Of a DNA stretch of 32,000 nt, positions 17,801 through 25,804 are shown in pieces. Position 1 is the stretch's first letter. The number at the start of each line of letters is the position of its first letter. Under the pieces are notes generated by a model. It was not told where the DNA came from. It ran no database searches and saw only the letters and a list, made by a program, of their open reading frames with translations. The stretch comes from Pseudoxanthobacter soli DSM 19599 (GTDB taxonomy: Bacteria; Pseudomonadota; Alphaproteobacteria; Rhizobiales; Segnochrobactraceae): assembly GCA_945898215.1 (NCBI GenBank), contig CAMDHY010000004.1, forward strand, positions 46,331-78,330, read 5' to 3'. The position numbers were made by a program, and so were the translations under genes.

Positions 17801-18106
17801 CTAGGGCCCCACCAGGGCGCCGCTGAAGGCGTCCACCGTCAACCGCCGCACCGCCCCGCCGGCCCCGAGCACGGTCGCCACATAGACGAGCCGTCCGCCG
17901 CGCCAGCACAGCTTGAGGTCGATCATCTCCCCCTGCACCGCCCGGCGAAGCTGACCGGGCCGCATCGCCTGGCCCGACTGCACGGCCTGCCGGCGCTCGG
18001 CCCCGCTCAGGCACTCAGCCGCCGCCGCCGGCCCGACGACGGCGAGGTGGCCGGCGAGGGTCGTCAGGACGAGGAGGATCGCAAGAAGGGCGGTTCCCAG
18101 GCGCAT
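17801..18106 (-). CDS. small exported PepSY-domain protein
   Basis: 101 aa starting from the ATG at 18106. It has a signal peptide (MRLGTALLAILLVLTTLAGHLAV), then CLSGAERRQAV...LKLCWRGGRLVYVATVLGAGGAVRRLTVDAFSG. A PepSY gene followed by a regulator and a kinase is a common alphaproteobacterial arrangement. Confidence 0.7.
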   Translation of the reverse strand: MRLGTALLAILLVLTTLAGHLAVVGPAAAAECLSGAERRQAVQSGQAMRPGQLRRAVQGEMIDLKLCWRGGRLVYVATVLGAGGAVRRLTVDAFSGALVGP

Positions 18107-18219
18107 GGGTTCTCGATACGGCGGCCGCGCTGAACCTTCCATGAACGTCGGCCGCCGTCGAGCCGCCGTTCGACCGATCATCGCCGCCGTCCGGCGGACC
18201 GGCGCCGGCGCGGCGGCCT

Positions 18220-19104
18220 TCAGCGGATGGGTGCGCGCGCCGCCAGGCGCCCCCAGATCGCGACCAGGCCGCCGATCACCCCGCCGAGGGCGGCGAGCGT
18301 CTCGAGCACCTGGCCCTGTCCCGCCTCGTCGAGCCCCGCCGCCGGCCCAAGCACCGGCAAGAGCGCCGCCGCGACGGCGATCAGCCCGCCCCACACCGCC
18401 TTCGAGGCGAGCGCCGGCTTGCCGGCAACGACGGGTTCGCCCGTCGCCGTGTCGCCCGGCCCCGCCACCCGTTCCGCGACCATTGGCGCCGGTTCGGGCC
18501 GGCCCGGCACCGACGGCACCGAGGCCGGCGAGGCCACGGGCTGCGGCTGCGACATCGTCACCGTCGACGGTGCAGGCGCCGATGCCATCACCGCAACCGT
18601 AGGTTCAACGGCCGGCGTGGCGATCCTGTCCATTCCTGCGCCCTCGGCCGCGACCTCCACGCCGCCGCCCTCGAACATCGCCCGCTCCTCCGCCCGCCGG
18701 CGCGTCAGCCCGGCGAGGACGCGGCCGCCAGCCTTGTTCCAGCGCCCGAACTCCACCGCCGCCCCGGCCCTGTCGCCGGCGTTCAGCTTCTTCAGCAGCG
18801 TCGAGCGTCTGAGAGCTCCCTCGCCGACGTTGAAGGCGAACGAGACCAGCGCGTCGAACTCGTCCTGCGACAGCGCCGCCGTCACAAGCCGCGCCACCGC
18901 CGCCTCGAAGCGGGCGAGGTCGCGGCCGAGGATCGCGTCCGCCTCTGCCGCGGTGATCGTCAGGCCGGCGACCGGCACCGGCGGTCCGGCGGCGGCCGTG
19001 TGGCCGTAGCCGATCGTCCAGATCCCTGCGGCGTCGCGGTAGGCGGACAGCCGCAGTCCTTCGTGGCGGCCGATGAAGGCGCGCCCGGCGGGGCTCGTTC
19101 GCAT
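18220..19104 (-). CDS. GH24 (phage T4/lambda-type) lysozyme with Pro/Ala-rich linker and C-terminal two-TM anchor
   Basis: The N-terminus is MRTSPAGRAFIGRHEGLRLSAYRDAAGIWTIGYGHT (catalytic Glu in HEG), with FNVGEGALRRSTLLKKLN further in. The C-terminus has the hydrophobic helices WGGLIAVAAALLPVLGPAAG and LAALGGVIGGLVAIWGRL. The ATG at 19104 is preceded by GGGAGA. The ORF-track extension to 19902 overlaps a plus-strand gene and a repeat. Confidence 0.85.
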   Translation of the reverse strand: MRTSPAGRAFIGRHEGLRLSAYRDAAGIWTIGYGHTAAAGPPVPVAGLTITAAEADAILGRDLARFEAAVARLVTAALSQDEFDALVSFAFNVGEGALRRSTLLKKLNAGDRAGAAVEFGRWNKAGGRVLAGLTRRRAEERAMFEGGGVEVAAEGAGMDRIATPAVEPTVAVMASAPAPSTVTMSQPQPVASPASVPSVPGRPEPAPMVAERVAGPGDTATGEPVVAGKPALASKAVWGGLIAVAAALLPVLGPAAGLDEAGQGQVLETLAALGGVIGGLVAIWGRLAARAPIR

Positions 19105-19282
19105 CTCTTGTCTCCCGATGTCGCTTCGCATTGAGGTCCGTCCCGGCGAGCGCCGCGGTGCCGCATACGCGATCGGCGCGCGCCGTCGTCCCGCAGCGCC
19201 CCGTCCTTGCCGCCGCGCCCCGTCTTGCCGGCGCACGCGTGAGGCTCTACGCATTCCCCACAGCGGCAGCGGAGGTTCGGTC

Positions 19283-19702
19283 ATGCGTGTCGGTTCGCAG
19301 CGCGCCAAAGGCGCGGCGTCGGTGGTGGCGGCGGCCGTTGCCGCAGCCCTGGTGATGGCGACGGTCGGCCCGGCGGCGGCCGACTGCGCCGCCGGGATCA
19401 CCGACCTTGAGAAGAATATCCAGGTCGAGAACCCAGGCCTGGGCGGCATGCCCGGCGATCCGGCGGCCGCCTCGGCGGTGACGGCGCCTGCCGGCACCGC
19501 CCCCGCGCCCACCGGCGGCCCCGACCCGCTCGCCGCCGCCGACGCTTCCGGCGCCGACGCCGCCATCGGCAACCCGCCGCTCGCCGGCCCCGTCGCCGCG
19601 ATGAACGCGCTGTCGGAGGCGAACGCGCTCCAGGAAGCCGGCGACGAGCAGGGCTGCCTCGAGTACCTCCACCAGGCCGAGGCGCTGCTGAAGAAGAAGT
19701 AG
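19283..19702 (+). CDS. small exported hypothetical protein (Ala/Pro/Gly-rich, two Cys)
   Basis: ATG at 19283 with a GGAGG 8 nt upstream. The signal peptide is MRVGSQRAKGAASVVAAAVAAALVMATVGPAAA, followed by DCAAG. GC3 is very high. The C-terminus is a helical segment, EQGCLEYLHQAEALLKKK. I do not recognise a family. Confidence 0.55.
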   Translation: MRVGSQRAKGAASVVAAAVAAALVMATVGPAAADCAAGITDLEKNIQVENPGLGGMPGDPAAASAVTAPAGTAPAPTGGPDPLAAADASGADAAIGNPPLAGPVAAMNALSEANALQEAGDEQGCLEYLHQAEALLKKK

Positions 19703-19713
19703 GCGGTCGCCGT

Positions 19714-19877
19714 CTTCCCCTTCTCCCGGCCGACGGCGGGGAGAAGGTGCCCGAAGGGCGGATGAGGGCGCGCGGCGAAGCCGCGCGGCGTCGCGGCAAG
19801 TCGCAGCCCCGGCGCACTGCGTGCGCCGCCCTCATCCGGCGCTCCGCGCCACCTTCTCCCGGCGCAGCCGGGAGAAG
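19714..19877. repeat. nested-palindrome intergenic repeat element, family A, copy 2
   Basis: Left hairpin is CTTCTCCCGG ccgacgg CGGGGAGAAG, then the arm GGTGCCCGAAGGGCGGATGAGGGCG, then a central GCGCGGC gaa GCCGCGC hairpin. The inverted arm CGCCCTCATCCGGCGCTCCGCGCCACC follows, then the right hairpin TTCTCCCGG cgcag CCGGGAGAA. It lies between convergent genes. Confidence 0.75.
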
Positions 19878-19886
19878 AAAAAAGGC

Positions 19887-20105
19887 CTACTCCGCCACCC
19901 ACTCCTTTGCCGCCACCACGCGTGTCGGCATCGCGGCCAGCGTCGCGTGCCGGAGCGCGTGCGCCGGGTCGGCCAGCACCGCCACCGGCAGCACGAAGGT
20001 GCCGCCGGCGAGGCCGACCGGGTCGAGCCGGTGAACCGGGCTCGCCTCGCCCCGCACCGCCTCCACCTCGGCGGCCGTCAGTTCGATGAAGCTCGCCTCG
20101 CTCAT
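19887..20105 (-). CDS. hypothetical 72-aa protein, last gene of the GTA-linked string
   Basis: Its ATG at 20105 overlaps the stop of the upstream gene (ATGA). GC3 is high. I do not recognise a family. Confidence 0.5.
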   Translation of the reverse strand: MSEASFIELTAAEVEAVRGEASPVHRLDPVGLAGGTFVLPVAVLADPAHALRHATLAAMPTRVVAAKEWVAE

Positions 20106-20875
20106 GGCAGCGCCCCCACCGCGTCGAGATAGGCCTCGCAGGCGCTCGCGAGCGCCGCGATCTGGCTGCTATCGAGCCCCGCTCCCGCCCCGGCGACCGC
20201 CAGCCGCCGTGCCGAATAGGTCGAGCCCGCCGCGCCGATGCGGATGGCGTCGTTGCTGATCGCCCCGCTCGCCTGCGTCGGGCTCGCCACCACCGTGCCG
20301 CCGCGGAAGAAGTCGTGTCCGGCCGCGCTCCGCCGCGACCAGCCGACGAGGCCGAGTGAATCCGCCACCGCCACCGTCGTCGTGGTGCTCGTGTTGGCGC
20401 GCGCCGCCAGCGATCCGGACGAGCGCGCCAGAAGCCTCGTCGAGGTTCTGGTGCCGATCTCGGCGGCGCTGGCGTTGAGGTCGGTCAGCGACCACACGAA
20501 CAGCACCGCGTCGTTGAGGGCGAACCGCGTGCCGCCGAGGCTCGGGTTGAGCCCGGTCGACAGGTAGGAGGTGGACCCGTCGCCGGCGAAGCCGCGGTCG
20601 GCCACGAACGACGGCGAGTTCACCGCCGTGCAGGTGTGCGAGCCCGGCGCGATCAGGTTGACCCGCCCGGCCTGCTCGTCATGGGCCGCGAGCAGATAGA
20701 GCACGTCGAGCCGGGTCCACAGGCCGCCGGCCTTGATCGCCCGCAAGAAGGCGTCGAACAGCGCCACGCGCGATGCCGACGGCGCCACCGTCATCGCCGA
20801 GGCATAGGCTGCGGCGTCCAGGTCGATCGCCCGGTCAAGTCCCGCCGCCCCCACGGGCAGCCCGATGCCGAGCAT
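20102..20875 (-). CDS. putative fibre / receptor-binding protein (lectin- or LamG-like jelly roll suspected)
   Basis: 257 aa. Its ATG overlaps the stop of the upstream small gene (ATGA at 20873-20877). The Ser/Thr/Ala/Gly-rich beta-type composition and the pattern ...GLWTRLDVLYLLAAHDEQAGRVNL...SPSFVADRGFAGDGSTSYLSTGLNP... resemble phage virion accessory proteins as I remember them. The family assignment is not verified. Confidence 0.55.
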   Translation of the reverse strand: MLGIGLPVGAAGLDRAIDLDAAAYASAMTVAPSASRVALFDAFLRAIKAGGLWTRLDVLYLLAAHDEQAGRVNLIAPGSHTCTAVNSPSFVADRGFAGDGSTSYLSTGLNPSLGGTRFALNDAVLFVWSLTDLNASAAEIGTRTSTRLLARSSGSLAARANTSTTTTVAVADSLGLVGWSRRSAAGHDFFRGGTVVASPTQASGAISNDAIRIGAAGSTYSARRLAVAGAGAGLDSSQIAALASACEAYLDAVGALP

Positions 20876-21090
20876 CAGACGAGCCCGACGAGGGCGGTGG
20901 CGGTGGTGTCGGTCGCCCGCACCCGCCGCGCCCGCACCGGCAGCACCGTGCCGGACGGCACGCCGGAGAACACCGTCGTGCCGCCTTCGGCGTCGTTGAT
21001 CGAGACGGCGCCGCCGCCACCGACATGAAGGCCACGCACCAGTTCGGGCAGGTCGTCGTCGTCGTCGGGGGTGACGGCGAAGCAGCGCAC
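20875..21090 (-). CDS. small spike-base-like protein (resembles the Rcc01079 / GhsA-type family); 5' end uncertain
   Basis: 71 aa from the GTG at 21090: VTPDDDDDLPELVRGLHVGGGGAVSINDAEGGTTVFSGVPSGTVLPVRARRVRATDTTATALVGLV. This matches the remembered pattern xTPSDxxDLxxxxRALYVGxxGDxxVxxxxGxxVTFxNVxAGxILPxRxxRVxATGTTAxxIVxLx. Coding-like sequence continues upstream without a canonical start codon. Confidence 0.55.
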   Translation of the reverse strand: MRCFAVTPDDDDDLPELVRGLHVGGGGAVSINDAEGGTTVFSGVPSGTVLPVRARRVRATDTTATALVGLV

Positions 21091-21201
21091 CGCCGGGCCG
21101 TCGGGCCCGGGTCCCTGGTGGGCGATGCGGTCGAGGATCGGCGTGGCTCGGCTTCTGTCTTTGAGAGGTTCAGTCGGTCTGCAGCGGTCGCCCGGGCTGG
21201 C

Positions 21202-21903
21202 TCAGGAAGCCGGCGCCGTGAAGCGGGCGACCTGCATCGCAACCCGCACCGCGCCGCCGCTGAAGTCGCCGCCGTTGGCGGTGAGGCGCACGGGCGTGTC
21301 GGCATAGACGGCGAACGGCCCGACGACGCCGACGTTGGTCGCGCCCACTGCTGCCCCGAGCGATCCGCCGAACTTCGAAGGTTCGCCGACGATCCCGCAG
21401 TCGAAGGAGGTCGCCCCCGTCACCCCCGTCACCGTCCGCACGCTGACCGCCAGCACGAGCGCCCGCGCGGGGATGGGCGCGACGGTGTCGACGAAGGGGC
21501 CGGCGAGTGCCACCTCCTCCTCGATCACCGCCGGCGACAGGCTCGCTCCGTTCGGGCTCGCCGCGAGCGCGCTCGCCCAGCCGAGGCCGGGGCGGAACAC
21601 CGCGAGCCGCGCCTCGTCGGCGACGTAGCCGACCTGGCCGAGAACGGGCTCGCGGAACACCCAGCCGCCGCCGATACGTATCGCAAGCTCACCGGCGTGG
21701 CCGCTCCACGCGCCCGTCGCCCCCGCCGGCAAGCCGTAGCGATCGCCGTCGGCCGGCGAGCCCGGCGGCGCCGTCTCGACCACGCTCTCGAGCCGCAGCG
21801 AGGCGAGCGCGTCGAGCAGCAGCAGTGCCTCGTTGACCGTCACATGCTTCTGCGCCTGCGCGGCCGCGACGAGCGGCAGCGAAAGGTTCGGGGTCTCAGA
21901 CAT
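21202..21903 (-). CDS. DUF2793-domain protein (commonly follows g15 in alphaproteobacterial GTA loci)
   Basis: The start is MSETPNLSLPLVAAAQAQKHVTVNEALLLLDAL, the signature N-terminus of this family. The ATG at 21903 overlaps the g15 stop by 8 nt. Confidence 0.78.
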   Translation of the reverse strand: MSETPNLSLPLVAAAQAQKHVTVNEALLLLDALASLRLESVVETAPPGSPADGDRYGLPAGATGAWSGHAGELAIRIGGGWVFREPVLGQVGYVADEARLAVFRPGLGWASALAASPNGASLSPAVIEEEVALAGPFVDTVAPIPARALVLAVSVRTVTGVTGATSFDCGIVGEPSKFGGSLGAAVGATNVGVVGPFAVYADTPVRLTANGGDFSGGAVRVAMQVARFTAPAS

Positions 21904-24900
21904 GCAGCAGCGCCTCCCTTGGCGTACCGGCGCCGAAGCCGGCGGCGATCTGCGCGACGCGCACGGCGAGGTTCGCCGGCGGGACGCCGAAGTCAGCGAT
22001 CTGGTCGGCCGCCGCATAGACGGCCGAGGCCTCGCCGGTGACGATGCGGCGCTTCAGGGCCGAGCCGTCGAGGATGTCGAGGCGGTAGCGCTCGCGCTCC
22101 TCGCCGAGCGGCACCTCCTCCTCGCCCCAGCCGTCGCCGCCGACCCGCGTCCGGCGGATCCACGTGACGGTAACGTCGCCGCTGCCGGCGTCGCGCACCG
22201 CCTTCAGGTGAACCGGGCTGAGCGGCCTGAGCCCCCGCCCCTCCGGCGCCAGCGTCTCCGTCACCGCCGCCAAGCCGTTCGGGTCGCCGCCGGCCGGGGT
22301 CGAGCGCCACAGGAACGGCGTGCCGAGTTCGTCCCGTGCCACCGGCAGCGCCGCGAGCCTCCGGTCCACCATCACGAAAGGTGCCCTCGCGGCGGCGCCC
22401 GCCGCCATCGCGTCCTCGGTGCCGGACTGTCCCCGCAGCAGCATCGACAGCGCATAGGTGTCGGCGGCGACGAGTTCGGCGTGCGTGAACTGCAGGAGCT
22501 CCCAGGCGCCGTTTTCCGCCTTAACCGCCGCGAGATTGGCGCCGGCGAGCACGTCGGCCACCGCCCGCGCCTCGAGCCCCCCGGCGATGCGCACGACGAT
22601 CCGTCCGCCGCGATCCCACGCGCCCTCCGGCCCCGGCCCGAGCGGCTCGACCAGCGTGCCGATGCGGGCCGGCCGCGTCAGCGTCGCCATCGCCGAAAAG
22701 CCGTCGCCGTCGCGGCTGCGCTCCACCACCACGCTGCCGGGCCACGGCAGCGCGAAGGCCGCTGCGAACGGCCGTTCCGCCGGCATCTCCGCATCGATCA
22801 CCGGCAGGTCGAGAATGACGGCCACCGGCGCCCCGTACTGCGCCGGCGCCACCGTCCGCGCGCCCCGCCACGCCCCGCCGCCGCTGCCGCGCCGCCGCCC
22901 GCGCCGGCGCGCGATCTCGCGGTCGAGCGCCCGCGCCGCGACGAGCCGCGTGCCGGCGTCCTCGATCTCCTCGATCACCACCTCCGTCACGGCCGTCCCC
23001 TCGACGACCGTGACGACGTCGCCCGGCTGCAGGGCGAGCCGCGACGGCGGCAGCGCGAACGCCACCCGCTCGCGTCCCGCCCAGCGCGAAAACAGCGCCG
23101 CGTCCGCCGCCCGGCTCATCGTCTCCGCGTCGGCGAGCACCGCGACATCGAGCTCGACCACATGGCGCGTCTCCCCCGCGAGCCGCCGCGACGCCGCCAC
23201 CGCCGGCGAGAAGTCCCGCTCGACGTCGCGGTAGCCGAGGCGGACCTCGATCGGCAGTTCGCTGTCCTGCGTCCGCGTCCAGCGGACGAGGGCGCCGCGG
23301 CCCCCGTCGGTGTCGACGCAGTCGCCGGGCGTGATCGTCGCCACCGGCGGCGTGTCGGCGTCGGTGAAGACGAGCCGGCTGCCGCGGTCGGAGACGATGA
23401 CGTCGAACGCCTCCACAAGCGGTGCCAGCGCCGCCCGCGCCGCCATCGGCCGGTCGATCACCGCCCCGGCGACAACGCGGTCGAGCCCCTCGACGTCGAA
23501 GGCCGTGAAGTCGTGGTCGCGCAGGATGGCGCCGATCAGCCCGCCGACCGTGGTGGCGCCGAGCCGCCCGTTCAGCCAGTGGCCGAGCGCCCAGTTGTCG
23601 CCGTCGGCCCACACGTCCGACAGTGCCGGGAAGGCCGGCCACGGCCGCGCGTCCCAGGTCCACAGGTGGATGGCGTCCGGGCGCACCATCCGCGCCCCGT
23701 CGACCCCCGACTGCGGATTGTCGCCGGCCACATAGCCCGGCACGGTCGGATCGAAGCGGCGCAGCACCGCCTCGAGGTAGCGCCGCTGCATGGCGTCGTC
23801 GCGCCCGCCGTCGGAGAAACGCGGCAGGTTCGATTCCGCCGACTTCGGGTCGACGAAGACGTTCGGCTGGTTGGCGCCGCGATCGACCGCCGGGCACCCC
23901 ACCTCGGTGAACCAGAACGGCTTGCCCTCCGCCTCCCAGGCGGTCGCATCCTCCACCTCGACGCCGTCGAGCCGGTCGTAGTGCCGATGCGACCACCAGC
24001 CGTGGAGGTCCTTGTAGCGGAACACCCACGGCTTGCCGTGCATGCCGTCGGTGATCGGTTCCCGGTCCTGGTCCCGCCGCGCCTCGGCGGTCGGATAGTA
24101 CCAGTCGTAGCCCTCGCCGCCGGCGACGTTGCCGCCGAGATAGGCGGGGTCGTAGATCGAGCGGGCCACCGCCGCGTCGAAGTGATCGCCGTCGCGCCAG
24201 TCGGCGAGCGGCCAGTAGACGTCGATGCCGACGAAGTCGACGTGCGGGCTCGTCCACAGCCGGTCGAGGTGGAACAGGTGGTCGCCGCTGCCGTCGTCCG
24301 GCCGATATCCGAAGAACTCCGACCAGTCCGCCGCATAGGACACGAGCGTCGAGCCCGGCAGCACGTCCGAGACGTCGGCGGCGAGGTCCCTGAGCGCCTG
24401 CACGAACGGAAACTCCCGCCGCGCCGAGCGGACGGTCGTGAGCCCGATCAGTTCCGAGCCGATCAGGAAGGCGTCGACCCCGCCCGCCACCGTGCACAGG
24501 TGCGCATAGTGCAGGATCATCCGCCGCCACGACCACTCCGCCGCCCCGGTGTAGCGGACGCGGTCGCCGTCGATGTCGAAGTCGGCCGCCACGGCCGCCC
24601 CGACGAAGCCGGCGATCTCGTCCGCGGCGTCGCCGGTGCCGTCCGGCGAACCCGACCGCCCCGGCGCCGGATGCACGGTGATCCGCCCCCGCCACGGGAA
24701 CGCCGCCTGCTCGTCACCGCCCCACGGGTCCGGCAGGTCGTTGCCCGGCGGCACGTCCATCAGCAGGAACGGATAGAACGTCACCTTCAGCCCGCGCGCG
24801 TTGAGCGAGCGGATCGCCGCCACGACGCTGTCGTCGGAGGGCGTGCCGCCATAGGCCGGCCGGCCCTCGACCCGGCTCGTCTCCTCGGCCTCGCCGCGCG

Positions 24901-25804
24901 TCACGCCGTCGACCTCCCAGGTCGCCCCGCGCGTGCGGCGGTCGGCGTCCTCGATCTTCGGCCGCGGCCGGCAGTGGCTCGCCCGGAGGTCGTCGGCGAA
25001 CCAGGCGACGACCAGCGCCACCCGTTCGAGCGCCGGGCAGAGGTCGACGAGCTCGTCGATCGCCGCCTCGAAGTCGCTCGCCGCCGTGCCGACGTGGCGG
25101 TTGTCGGCGATCGTCACCCCCGGCGCGCCCTCGCGCGTCACGGCCTCGGTCGCGTAGCCGAACTCCGTCGCCCCGGGGATCAGCGTCACCGCCTGGATCA
25201 TCCCTTCCAGCGCATCGACGGCGCGGATCACCTCGAAGGTCAGCTGCGGCAGCCGGTTGCCGTAGGGGTCGAGCGGCAGCCGCTCGAACACCACATAGGC
25301 GAGGCCGCGATAGGCCGGCGCGTCGCCCTGCTTCGCCTCGATCAGCGGGTCCGGTTCCTGGAACTCGCCGCCGCGGTACCGGCGCATCGTCACGCCGGAA
25401 AGATCGAGCGGCTTGCCGTCCGCCCACACCCGGCCGATGCGGTCGACCTTGCCCTCGCAGAGCCCGACGGCGAAGTTCGCGAAGTAGCGGTAGCTCCGCT
25501 GCGCGCCGCCGAGGCCCTTGCCGCCGCCGCCCTCCTCGCGCGTCTCCTCCTCGAGCCGGGTCGCCCAGATAACCTGGCCGGCGATGCGCACCCGCCCGTA
25601 GACGCGCGGCACCGGCGCGCCCTCGGTCGAGGTCTGCACGTCGAGGCTCTCGAGCCGCGGCCCGCGCGACCGCTCGCCGGGGACCAGCGCCCGGTCGACC
25701 ACCGCGCCCGCGAGCCCGCCGACGGCGCGCCCGACCGCCGCCCCCACCGGCCCGAACAGCGCCCCCGCCGCCGCCCCGGCCGTCTGCAGCACCAAGGTCG
25801 CCAT
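21896..25804 (-). CDS. GTA g15-like host-specificity / distal tail protein (phage-tail plus TIM-barrel-like glycoside-hydrolase domains)
   Basis: 1302 aa from the ATG at 25804 (MATLVLQTAGAAAGALFGP...), which overlaps the g14 stop (ATGA). Size, position and N-terminal Gly/Ala-rich hydrophobic segment match RcGTA g15. The ORF-track extension to 26332 runs through g14 in another frame. Confidence 0.9.
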   Translation of the reverse strand: MATLVLQTAGAAAGALFGPVGAAVGRAVGGLAGAVVDRALVPGERSRGPRLESLDVQTSTEGAPVPRVYGRVRIAGQVIWATRLEEETREEGGGGKGLGGAQRSYRYFANFAVGLCEGKVDRIGRVWADGKPLDLSGVTMRRYRGGEFQEPDPLIEAKQGDAPAYRGLAYVVFERLPLDPYGNRLPQLTFEVIRAVDALEGMIQAVTLIPGATEFGYATEAVTREGAPGVTIADNRHVGTAASDFEAAIDELVDLCPALERVALVVAWFADDLRASHCRPRPKIEDADRRTRGATWEVDGVTRGEAEETSRVEGRPAYGGTPSDDSVVAAIRSLNARGLKVTFYPFLLMDVPPGNDLPDPWGGDEQAAFPWRGRITVHPAPGRSGSPDGTGDAADEIAGFVGAAVAADFDIDGDRVRYTGAAEWSWRRMILHYAHLCTVAGGVDAFLIGSELIGLTTVRSARREFPFVQALRDLAADVSDVLPGSTLVSYAADWSEFFGYRPDDGSGDHLFHLDRLWTSPHVDFVGIDVYWPLADWRDGDHFDAAVARSIYDPAYLGGNVAGGEGYDWYYPTAEARRDQDREPITDGMHGKPWVFRYKDLHGWWSHRHYDRLDGVEVEDATAWEAEGKPFWFTEVGCPAVDRGANQPNVFVDPKSAESNLPRFSDGGRDDAMQRRYLEAVLRRFDPTVPGYVAGDNPQSGVDGARMVRPDAIHLWTWDARPWPAFPALSDVWADGDNWALGHWLNGRLGATTVGGLIGAILRDHDFTAFDVEGLDRVVAGAVIDRPMAARAALAPLVEAFDVIVSDRGSRLVFTDADTPPVATITPGDCVDTDGGRGALVRWTRTQDSELPIEVRLGYRDVERDFSPAVAASRRLAGETRHVVELDVAVLADAETMSRAADAALFSRWAGRERVAFALPPSRLALQPGDVVTVVEGTAVTEVVIEEIEDAGTRLVAARALDREIARRRGRRRGSGGGAWRGARTVAPAQYGAPVAVILDLPVIDAEMPAERPFAAAFALPWPGSVVVERSRDGDGFSAMATLTRPARIGTLVEPLGPGPEGAWDRGGRIVVRIAGGLEARAVADVLAGANLAAVKAENGAWELLQFTHAELVAADTYALSMLLRGQSGTEDAMAAGAAARAPFVMVDRRLAALPVARDELGTPFLWRSTPAGGDPNGLAAVTETLAPEGRGLRPLSPVHLKAVRDAGSGDVTVTWIRRTRVGGDGWGEEEVPLGEERERYRLDILDGSALKRRIVTGEASAVYAAADQIADFGVPPANLAVRVAQIAAGFGAGTPREALLHV

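Noticed and set aside
17781-18394. Upstream extensions of the second response regulator (to 18014) and of the PepSY ORF (to 18394).
   Set aside because: Both extensions are Arg/Gly/Pro-rich and overlap the neighbouring genes. The conserved domains start at the GTG at 17780 (strong GGAGG) and the ATG at 18106 (signal peptide).
19853-19886. Family A terminal hairpin plus A6 run read as a canonical bidirectional intrinsic terminator.
   Set aside because: The hairpin CTTCTCCCGGcgcagCCGGGAGAAG is followed by AAAAAA on the plus strand. On the minus strand the T-run precedes the stem. Neither strand has the stem-then-U-tract order, and the other copies lack any A/T run. The elements may still act on transcripts, but that is unproven.
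19105-19902. Upstream extension of the lysozyme ORF to 560 aa.
   Set aside because: The extension runs antisense through the plus-strand exported-protein gene and through family A repeat copy 2 (the PHPPFGHLLPAVGREKG translation). The lysozyme domain begins at 19104 with a good RBS.
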